From positions 5,771 to 39,613 of the forward strand of contig JBNPEG010000098.1 of NCBI GenBank assembly GCA_051117555.1: DNA of 33,843 bases, read 5' to 3'. The translations under genes were made by a program, and so were the position numbers. Below, one piece after another: positions 10,211-17,387 of the stretch (its first letter is position 1; each line of letters starts with the position of its first letter). Under the pieces are notes generated by a model. It was given only the letters and a program-made list of their open reading frames with translations, made no database searches and was not told the DNA's origin. Origin of the DNA: Elainellaceae cyanobacterium (lineage in GTDB: Bacteria > Cyanobacteriota > Cyanobacteriia > CAZCXK01).

Positions 10211-10367
10211 AAGGGGGTCCTCAATTTAGAATGCGTGTTGCTTGTCTCATCGAAGTCTCAGCTGATGAGATGTCTAAAACCATATCGGCAAACGATGTAT
10301 GGCTCGAAATCAGATTGCTTGTGCAGGAAACCTAATCAACCTATCAGGTTTGAAAATCAAAACGGGC

Positions 10368-10496
10368 TAAGGGCTTGTTAAAAAATAACCTTATGATTGG
10401 TGCGTTATGCTGACGCTTTAGCGTAGCCATGCCTGAAAGGCTATACAGCACCCTACGGCTCAATCAAACCGTGACGTTATTTCTTTATGGCCCCTA
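10368..10496. mobile_element. MITE-like element enclosing an interrupted GTAG-REP
   Basis: TAAGGGCTTGTTAAAAAATAAC / GTTATTTCTTTATGGCCCCTA imperfect IR. Internal GGTGCGTTA...GCACCCTAC at 10399-10456. Confidence 0.5.
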
Positions 10497-11288
10497 CGTC
10501 GCCTTACCTTCAGAAACAGATTCGTCGGGAAGTTCTTCTGAAAGGGCTTTGCGGGCGATTTTGGCAACATAAATTGCGACTGCAAAGGTTGCAATCAGCC
10601 CGATAATTCGAATTGTCCATGTGACCACCATATTCTCAGAGGTGGCGGGCTGTTCTCCGGCGGCAAGCATCGCGACATTGCCAACGAGAGAGCCTAGATA
10701 GACGTAGGCCACTGTTCCCGGAATCATCCCCGCACATCCGATGACATAATCTTTCAAGGAGACGCCTGTAAGTCCCAGTGCGTAGTTGAGTAGATTGAAG
10801 GGGAAGACAGGCGAGAGCCGAAGCAAGGTCACGATTTTCAACCCTTCTCGACCTACTGCTTTGTCAATTGCCTTAAACCGAGCATTTCCCTCAATCTTTT
10901 TGGCAACCCATCCTCTAGCCAGATACCGCCCAACTAAGAATGCTGCGGTCGCGCCCAGAGTTGCGCCGATGAAAACATAGATAGAGCCTAGGAAAACTCC
11001 AAATAACGCTCCTCCACCCAGCGTGAGAATTGAACCGGGGAGGAAGGCGACCGTTGCTGCAATGTAAATTAGGATGAAGGCGATCGCCCCAGCAGGTCCT
11101 AAATCTTGTACCCATTGCAGCGCATTAGCCAGAATTTCTCTTAAGCTAAACCCGCCATCTGAGGCAGCATCTTGGGCAAGGGCAGGAGCAGTCGCTAGCA
11201 GCGTCGCTGTCACCGTAATGCTCAAGAATTTTAACACGGTTCTGAGTCGTCTAACGGTTAGTCGATCGGGATGGACTTTAGGTCTCAT
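10494..11288 (-). CDS. TVP38/TMEM64 (DedA superfamily) membrane protein
   Basis: FLPGSILTLGGGALFG, LLRLSPVFPFNLLNYALG and MIPGT motifs; N-terminal signal-like segment. Confidence 0.92.
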   Translation of the reverse strand: MRPKVHPDRLTVRRLRTVLKFLSITVTATLLATAPALAQDAASDGGFSLREILANALQWVQDLGPAGAIAFILIYIAATVAFLPGSILTLGGGALFGVFLGSIYVFIGATLGATAAFLVGRYLARGWVAKKIEGNARFKAIDKAVGREGLKIVTLLRLSPVFPFNLLNYALGLTGVSLKDYVIGCAGMIPGTVAYVYLGSLVGNVAMLAAGEQPATSENMVVTWTIRIIGLIATFAVAIYVAKIARKALSEELPDESVSEGKAT

Positions 11289-11554
11289 GGTTTGGGAGGG
11301 TGAATGTACTCAGGCTCAATGCGCAATCATGAAGCTTACATTTACTGTAAAGGAGTATCCTCTTGGAAAAATGATGGCAATCTAAGGCAAAAATTAGGAT
11401 TTGCTGAGTAATTCCAAATGACATTTATAGCAAGTGAAGGGCGCGTTAAGACAACTCAAATAGCTGAGACAGCACAGTAGCAGGTATTTATCCTCGTCTT
11501 TTGCATTCTGCTGTTGCTACAAGGAAAATTTGGATAACCCAACGAGTAGATCAC

Positions 11555-11581
11555 AAAAAAAGGGTGCAATCTATGCACCCT
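11555..11581 (-). terminator. Intrinsic terminator downstream of the DUF4149-like gene
   Basis: Minus strand AGGGTGCA-TAGAT-TGCACCCT followed by TTTTTT. Confidence 0.75.
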
Positions 11582-11610
11582 AAAATCACCGCAAAGCAAA
11601 ACTCAAAGAT

Positions 11611-12129
11611 TTAACGCATTTGTGGGGTTGGATAATTTAAGCCCAGAATAACAGCACCCAAGGCCAGCTTACATATCTCTAATACCCAGTAACTTCCGTG
11701 CATGAGCCCCATTGCCGATGGGACGGATGGGCTTGATTCGAAGAGATTGAGGTTAAGACCCAAAGCGCTCATCTCAGGAGTTAGACCGTATAAGTAGATG
11801 AGTGTGATAGCTAGCAGCAGTGATGCCAGGGCGATCGCCCATCGAGAGCGTGGAACGAGCTGAGACGCACGGTGATGAATGGCAAGCAGCCCGGTCAATA
11901 TAATAGCAGCACTCAAGACTTCGATATGGTTAAATGCTTCAAAGATAGAGTATCCTGCAGCGGCAAATCCAGATTGTTCCATCATGCCAGAGGCATACAT
12001 GCCCGGCATAATGACCAGGTCTAAGATCAAACTTCCCCCTAACCAGAGGGCGAGGGTCAGAATAACAACAGTCTGCCACTTAGACTGATTCGAAGACTGA
12101 TTCGAAACAGGATTAGAAATGTGATACAT
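11611..12129 (-). CDS. DUF4149-like 4-TM membrane protein
   Basis: Four hydrophobic segments with LWLGGSLILDLVIMP, FNHIE, LTPEM and HGSYWVLE; GAGG upstream of the ATG. Confidence 0.7.
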   Translation of the reverse strand: MYHISNPVSNQSSNQSKWQTVVILTLALWLGGSLILDLVIMPGMYASGMMEQSGFAAAGYSIFEAFNHIEVLSAAIILTGLLAIHHRASQLVPRSRWAIALASLLLAITLIYLYGLTPEMSALGLNLNLFESSPSVPSAMGLMHGSYWVLEICKLALGAVILGLNYPTPQMR

Positions 12130-12409
12130 AGACCCCTCAATGGTTTGGGCTACTCTTTTAGCTTATCGAAGATTAATTGAATTCACGCCAATTTACGACC
12201 GTGAAGTATTAAAACTAAACGTTGGTCAACTTTTTGTAAGAAAACTATGCGCAAAATACACGCAACGCGCCTCATGCCGTGCTATGAGACTCCGTTATGC
12301 AAAATCATCTCTGCAAATCTGGTGTTGCTGATGGGTGGAACATTTAAGGATTTTTATTTGTCCTTCAACGTATGTAAAATCCCTAACTGGGCATGGACTG
12401 GGCGTGGAG

Positions 12410-14257
12410 ATGTGGATTGATCCTCCCGTTATTCTGGTTGGATTGGTGGGTGCGCTGGTCGCTCTCTGGAAACAGCACCGGGTTAACAGGCTGCTCAAAC
12501 AAAGTGAAGAACGCTACGCATTGGCAGCCCACGCATCCAATGAAGGACTTTGGGACTGGAATCTGCAAACCCAGGAAATATATTTTTCGGCGCAATGGCA
12601 GAGGATGCTCGGCTTTGAGGAAAATACGTTAAGCAATTCCCCGGATGAATGGCTGAGTCGAGTGCATCCAGATGATATTGAGCCCTTAAAAATGGCGATC
12701 GCCATTCATCTAAACGAGGCATCTCCGTGTTTCGAATATGAACACCGTATGCGTCATCGAGATGGAACCTATCGCTGGGTGATCAATCGAGGCTTGGCTG
12801 TGCTGGATCAGAAGGGCATCGCTCACCGACTGGTGGGGTCGCAGTGCGATATCACCGATCGAAAAAAGGCTGAAGAACAGCGCTTAATCGATGCCTACTA
12901 TGACCGTCTAACCGGATTGCCCAACCGGGCACTATTTTTGGATCGACTGAAGCAAGCGTTGGCTTGCTTAGACAAATCACATATCGCCCATCAATCCTCC
13001 TCGAATTCTGCATTTGCGGTTCTGATGCTCGACCTCGATCGATTCAAGGTGGTTAACAACAGTCTAGGTAGTGATATAGGCGATCAGCTGTTAGTGGCAG
13101 TGGCGCAGCGAGTGAATGCCTGCTTGAAAACGGGCGAAGTCTTAGCTCGCGTTGGAGGAGACGAATTCGCAATCTTGCTCAGCCACATTCATAGCATTGG
13201 CGATACTACGCGAATTGCTGAACAACTTCAGGGGCTGCTCTCTCTACCCTTCCACCTCGATGGGCAGGAGGTGTTTACGACTGTCAGCATTGGAATTGCA
13301 CTAAGCTCTGCTCGCTATGAGCATCCCGAACATATTCTTCGTGACGCCGATACTGCAACATTTCGAGTCAAGGCTCAGGGCGGATCGCGATATCAAATTT
13401 TTGATCGAACGATGCACATTCGCATGATCACCAATCTTCAGCTCGAAGGAGATCTGCGTCGAGCGATCGCCACTGTTAGCATACCGAGCGATCGCCCTGA
13501 ATTTCGGTTGTATTATCAGCCAGTTGTACACCTTGCGACGGGCAATATCAGCGGGTTCGAAGCCCTGATCCGTTGGCAACATCCCGAACAAGGACTGATT
13601 TCTCCAAACAGATTTATTCCGATAGCTGAGAAAAATGGGCTGATCGTCACGCTGGGGTGGTGGGTGCTACGAGAAGCGTGCCGTCAAATGCATCGTTGGT
13701 CGATGCAGGTGTCTGATGCGATGCCCTTGACCCTCAGCGTCAATCTAGGCAGTAAACAGTTTGCTCGCCCCGATCTAGTTGAACATATTCGCTACATTCT
13801 TGAAGATACTCAGATCGATCCGTCCTATCTCAAACTAGAAATCACCGAGAGCGCCATTATGGAGAATGCAAGGTCGACCGTGGAAACTCTCCATCACCTC
13901 AAGTCTCTCGGTATTCAGCTTGCCATTGATGACTTTGGCACCGGATATTCATCATTGAGCTATTTGCGACGTTTCCCAATCGACACCCTCAAAATCGATC
14001 AATCGTTTATTAAACGGATGAATACCGATCGAGAAAGTTCTGAAATTGTTCGAACAGTCGTAGCTCTCGCTCACATTCTCAAAATGGACGTGACTGCCGA
14101 GGGCATTGAAACAAAAGACCCATTGCCTCAGCTTCTCGCAATGCATTGCGAAAATGGACAAGGATATTTTTTCTCAGCTCCCTTAACCGCCGATGAGTCA
14201 ACCGACCTCATCCTCAGAGAACACCGTGGGGCAAAAAATTTTTATCCAGCTAGCTAG
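12410..14257 (+). CDS. Membrane-anchored PAS-GGDEF-EAL c-di-GMP signalling protein
   Basis: N-terminal TM, PAS (GLWDW..VHPDD..DITDRK), ARVGGDEF, FEALIRW, DDFGTGYSS, AEGIET. Start inferred at ATG 12410; the ORF is open from 12335. Confidence 0.92.
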   Translation: MWIDPPVILVGLVGALVALWKQHRVNRLLKQSEERYALAAHASNEGLWDWNLQTQEIYFSAQWQRMLGFEENTLSNSPDEWLSRVHPDDIEPLKMAIAIHLNEASPCFEYEHRMRHRDGTYRWVINRGLAVLDQKGIAHRLVGSQCDITDRKKAEEQRLIDAYYDRLTGLPNRALFLDRLKQALACLDKSHIAHQSSSNSAFAVLMLDLDRFKVVNNSLGSDIGDQLLVAVAQRVNACLKTGEVLARVGGDEFAILLSHIHSIGDTTRIAEQLQGLLSLPFHLDGQEVFTTVSIGIALSSARYEHPEHILRDADTATFRVKAQGGSRYQIFDRTMHIRMITNLQLEGDLRRAIATVSIPSDRPEFRLYYQPVVHLATGNISGFEALIRWQHPEQGLISPNRFIPIAEKNGLIVTLGWWVLREACRQMHRWSMQVSDAMPLTLSVNLGSKQFARPDLVEHIRYILEDTQIDPSYLKLEITESAIMENARSTVETLHHLKSLGIQLAIDDFGTGYSSLSYLRRFPIDTLKIDQSFIKRMNTDRESSEIVRTVVALAHILKMDVTAEGIETKDPLPQLLAMHCENGQGYFFSAPLTADESTDLILREHRGAKNFYPAS

Positions 14258-14546
14258 CTTATTCCACTTATCCAAAAGGTCTAACATTGCGACGGGCAAA
14301 CCGCACTCGATCAAACAATTCGCCTAGGGCGATGTATTCGCGCTAGCGACGTGTAGCAGTTATCGTCTTGCTCATGTTTAGACACGTAGTAATCATTCCT
14401 TCATTGGGTCATGCCCGATATTGCACGTGGATCAATCGGTTGCAAATCTCGATGCTTCATTGAGCGCTAATTTACCAGACAACGTCATGAGATTCAACAT
14501 GCTCTGACTTTTCCCGATCTTTTCCAATTCTTATCTTCAGCATTGG

Positions 14547-14678
14547 TTTTCCCCATTCATTCCACAGGGTTTCCACAGAATTGTCAGACCTTTTCCACAG
14601 GTTTTTAAAAGTTTTCCACACCCTTTTCCCGAAGAAATTAGACATCCACGATATTTTTGGGGATTTTGCAATTTCACA
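14547..14678 (+). promoter_or_regulatory. Phased tandem array of DnaA-box-like 9-mers (TTTTCCACA type)
   Basis: TTTTCCCCA 14547, CATTCCACA 14558, GTTTCCACA 14569, TTTTCCACA 14591, TTTTCCACA 14612, TTTTCCCGA 14624; weaker ACATCCACG 14642 and AATTTCACA 14670. All in the same orientation, with spacings 11/11/22/21/12. Confidence 0.7.
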
Positions 14679-14877
14679 GTTGCTTTATGAGAAAATCGCG
14701 TTTTTTGTAAAGAAACATTGCGTAATTTGCCCTGAAACGCTGATTCTTCCGTAAACCTTTTTTTTGTGTGAAAACCCATCGATCTCAGACTGGCGTTGAC
14801 AAACCTACCCCCCCATAGCGCAAAATGATGCGACCTACCTTATGAAGGCGCTTTGATTCAGACTAATTCGCCGTTTG

Positions 14878-14898
14878 ATTTCCACAGCTTGTGGATTA
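14878..14898. promoter_or_regulatory. Inverted pair of DnaA-box-like sites upstream of DUF2811
   Basis: ATTTCCACA (14878-14886) GCT TGTGGATTA (14890-14898; reverse complement TAATCCACA). Confidence 0.55.
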
Positions 14899-15006
14899 TG
14901 CGAATTGCAGTCTGGGTCGGGTTGCGCTGTTCTTCGTGATGAGAATTGGTGCTCAGACGAGACGTAAGGGGGCTCTGTCCATTCACTTTGCACGTAGAGG
15001 TTTCTA

Positions 15007-15231
15007 ATGAACGCAACCGTCAGCATCTTGGCAGAAATTCCTGAAGATTTGCACGAATCTCTTAGGGGCTATCTAGAAACCCACCCAGATTGGGATCAGG
15101 ATCGGGTGTTCTCTGCCGCCTTGTCCTTATTTCTCTTGCAGAATGGGGGCGGTGATACGGTAGAGTCGTCCCGAAATTATCGCCGTACCGCTCGTGTCTA
15201 TTTAGATTCGCTGTTCAAACACGCGGTTTAG
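15007..15231 (+). CDS. DUF2811 family protein
   Basis: SILAEIPEDLHESL..YLETHPDWDQDRVFSAALSLFLLQNG recognised as cyanobacterial DUF2811; AGAGG RBS upstream. Confidence 0.85.
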   Translation: MNATVSILAEIPEDLHESLRGYLETHPDWDQDRVFSAALSLFLLQNGGGDTVESSRNYRRTARVYLDSLFKHAV

Positions 15232-15508
15232 ACGCGCATGCCGATTAGCGCGGAACCCTCACAAACAGGGGACAAATTGGGTGCATGACATGAAAGGACG
15301 TATGGGTGCAATACATAGGGTGATGGATTTTGGGATGATTGAATGAACAGTATTCCCATGTCATCAAATTAGAAAATTCCACTTCCTCAATTGACTGCAC
15401 ATTACCGATTGCAAATTAAACGCTGAATCAATGGGTCTTATGAATAACGTCGCTGCAAAAATTAAACATCATCGGGGCTCACCCCACTGGTCTCTTAAAA
15501 GGAGACGC

Positions 15509-15670
15509 GACGGCAAAGTAGCGGAGCTTCAGTTTCAATGGTTAAAAGGGGCAAATGCATTTGAGAAGACGCTGCTGCGTGAGTAACCACTCGTGGCCTT
15601 TGTAGGTTAAGACTGTTTGCCCTAATGATTGAGACAGCTATTGCGTTCCTTATCAAGGAATACCGCCGTC
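15509..15670 (+). ncRNA. Candidate rod-shaped structured RNA (unassigned)
   Basis: Nested helices around one centre: 15509-14/15665-70, 15532-39/15628-35, 15548-57/15614-23, 15578-84/15589-95. Several G-U pairs favour the + strand. Confidence 0.3.
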
Positions 15671-15691
15671 TTTTGTTTGGTACGAATTGGC

Positions 15692-15798
15692 ATAAAAAAA
15701 TAGCGATCGCCCCGAGAGTTGAGAGAAATGCTCACCGTCCAAGAACCCCCATCATGAGGGTCACGGAATCTCTCTTACGGGCGATCGCTTTTTTTATT
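15692..15798. ncRNA. Candidate sRNA or long bidirectional terminator hairpin closed by two HIP1 sites
   Basis: A-tract + AGCGATCGCCC (15702-12) / GGGCGATCGCT (15779-89) + T-tract. Inner helices GAGAGA/TCTCTC, CCGT/ACGG and CCC/GGG. Confidence 0.45.
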
Positions 15799-15801
15799 GA
15801 C

Positions 15802-15843
15802 CAATTCGCTCGATTCAATTCGCTCGATTCAATTCGCTCGATT
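15802..15843. repeat. 14-bp perfect tandem repeat x3
   Basis: CAATTCGCTCGATT at 15802, 15816 and 15830. Confidence 0.95.
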
Positions 15844-15851
15844 AAAATCAA

Positions 15852-16349
15852 CTAGCTTGATCGAAATGCTTCAGCTACTCTCGGCGGATACATATCGGAC
15901 GAGTGGTTGTTGAACAACACCATTGTGGTGGTCGCATTTTCTTCAAACCCGATGCGCTCGTAGAATTTTTGCTGACGGGTTGTCATGAGATACACGCGTT
16001 CAACTCGATTGACGTGAGGGTGCATCATCACTGTTTCGACGAGCTTACGTCCTAAGCCAGCGCCCTGATAGTCTGGGTGGATGGCAACATCCCAGATGGT
16101 GGCACGATAGATTCCATCGGAAGTCGCTCTGGCAAATCCGATGAGTCGATCGCTATCCCAAACAGTGACGACAGGCTTACTATTAGCGATCGCCACTTCC
16201 AAATCTTCGAGTCGGCGATCGCGTGCCCAGAAAGCGGTAGCCTGAAACAAGTCCTGAAGTTGACGTAAATCGATTGCTTTTGTAGATGGGGTTGACTCAC
16301 TTGAATTCAACCCATCGTGAACATAAAACTGAACGTGGCGACAATCCAT
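15852..16349 (-). CDS. GNAT family N-acetyltransferase
   Basis: LIGFARATSD, WDVAIHPDYQGAGLGRKL (acetyl-CoA motif A), FYERIGF. Start MDCRH at 16349, alternative 16358. Confidence 0.92.
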   Translation of the reverse strand: MDCRHVQFYVHDGLNSSESTPSTKAIDLRQLQDLFQATAFWARDRRLEDLEVAIANSKPVVTVWDSDRLIGFARATSDGIYRATIWDVAIHPDYQGAGLGRKLVETVMMHPHVNRVERVYLMTTRQQKFYERIGFEENATTTMVLFNNHSSDMYPPRVAEAFRSS

Positions 16350-16701
16350 GATCACCAATGTTTCCTCATCTGGAAAAGATTAACAGCTTGAGCCCTAAGC
16401 GTAAGCATCAACGTAATGGAGGGCAATCTGCCCATAAAGTCAATCGGATTCTTAAATGGACTCAATTGACCAGCATAGTCCTAAATTTTGGATTGCGACC
16501 TCATCCGATTGAATTAGGCATGATGAATTCATGACAAAATTGAGGGTAAAGTGTCTGCTAAAAAATCCGCCCTTGGGGTGCAGACACTAATTTGAAGGGT
16601 CATTTAGACGATTAAATTTCCCCGATTAACTTGTCAATGGCCTGAAGAATTAGGTTGGTATAAAACAGATTTTTAGTTCACGTTATGCATGGGTTTAGCT
16701 G

Positions 16702-17277
16702 ATGTCAACGTCTAAACGCCCTGATCGATCATCATTTCGATACCTATATCTTCCTCAACGCAATCGAGTCGGTCGGAGGCGATCGCCCTTGTTTCTAGTT
16801 CTGCTGATTGTGCTGTGGAGTGCCCTTTTAGGATGGGGATTTGCCCAAGCCACCGATCTGGCGCCTATTCAACATGCAGAAACAGGCGCTGTTGATGTGA
16901 TTCCTGAGCAATACCAGCTTGGACACGAGCTTTATCTTGAAAATTGCGCGACCTGCCATGTGGGGGTGCCTCCCCAGGTTTTTCCACGAGAAACATGGCG
17001 GCAGTTACTCCAAGATTCGCAGCACTACGGCGTTCAAATTTCTCTGGTAGATCCGCCGCGATTGCTGGTGTGGGAATACCTCCAGTATTTTTCGCGAGGG
17101 TTGCGAGAGGATGAAGCGGTCCCCTATCGAGTCAATAATTCTCGATATTTCAAAATCCTCCATCCCAATGTCGAGTTAGATCGCCCCACTCGCTTAACGA
17201 CCTGCATTACCTGTCACCCCGCCGCAGACCAATTCAACTTTCGGCAGCTAGCTCCTGACTGGCAGGGCGCATCCTAA
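16702..17277 (+). CDS. Diheme cytochrome c (DHC-like) protein
   Basis: Hydrophobic signal/TM segment, two CxxCH motifs (CATCH, CITCH) and QHYG. Confidence 0.85.
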   Translation: MSTSKRPDRSSFRYLYLPQRNRVGRRRSPLFLVLLIVLWSALLGWGFAQATDLAPIQHAETGAVDVIPEQYQLGHELYLENCATCHVGVPPQVFPRETWRQLLQDSQHYGVQISLVDPPRLLVWEYLQYFSRGLREDEAVPYRVNNSRYFKILHPNVELDRPTRLTTCITCHPAADQFNFRQLAPDWQGAS

Positions 17278-17387
17278 CGGCGAACTGCATTCGTAATGTC
17301 CTCACCCTGCTTGCTCGGATTGCAGGTGATAGGATGAGAGTACGCTGAATCTAGTAACCTCGTTGTCTGTTTAATTGTTCTCCTGCC

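Noticed and set aside
14294..14350. GGGCAAACC just after the GGDEF-EAL gene, resembling the start of a c-di-GMP-I riboswitch
   Set aside because: No GAAA-tetraloop stem and no downstream GACGCAAAG element; the match is too short.
14537..15026. Minus-strand ORFs 14537-14779 and 14835-15026
   Set aside because: Not recognisable; the repeated CGK/CG content is simply the translated TGTGGAAAA boxes.
15431..15586. 51-codon ORF (MGLMNNVAAK...LLRE)
   Set aside because: No RBS or known motif; the length is compatible with chance.
15802..15843. Possible CRISPR array
   Set aside because: 14-bp units with no spacers and no cas genes. The 37-bp duplication at 26683 also lacks a spacer.
15625..15855. 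76-aa ORF
   Set aside because: Runs through a hairpin and a 14-bp tandem repeat; probably spurious.
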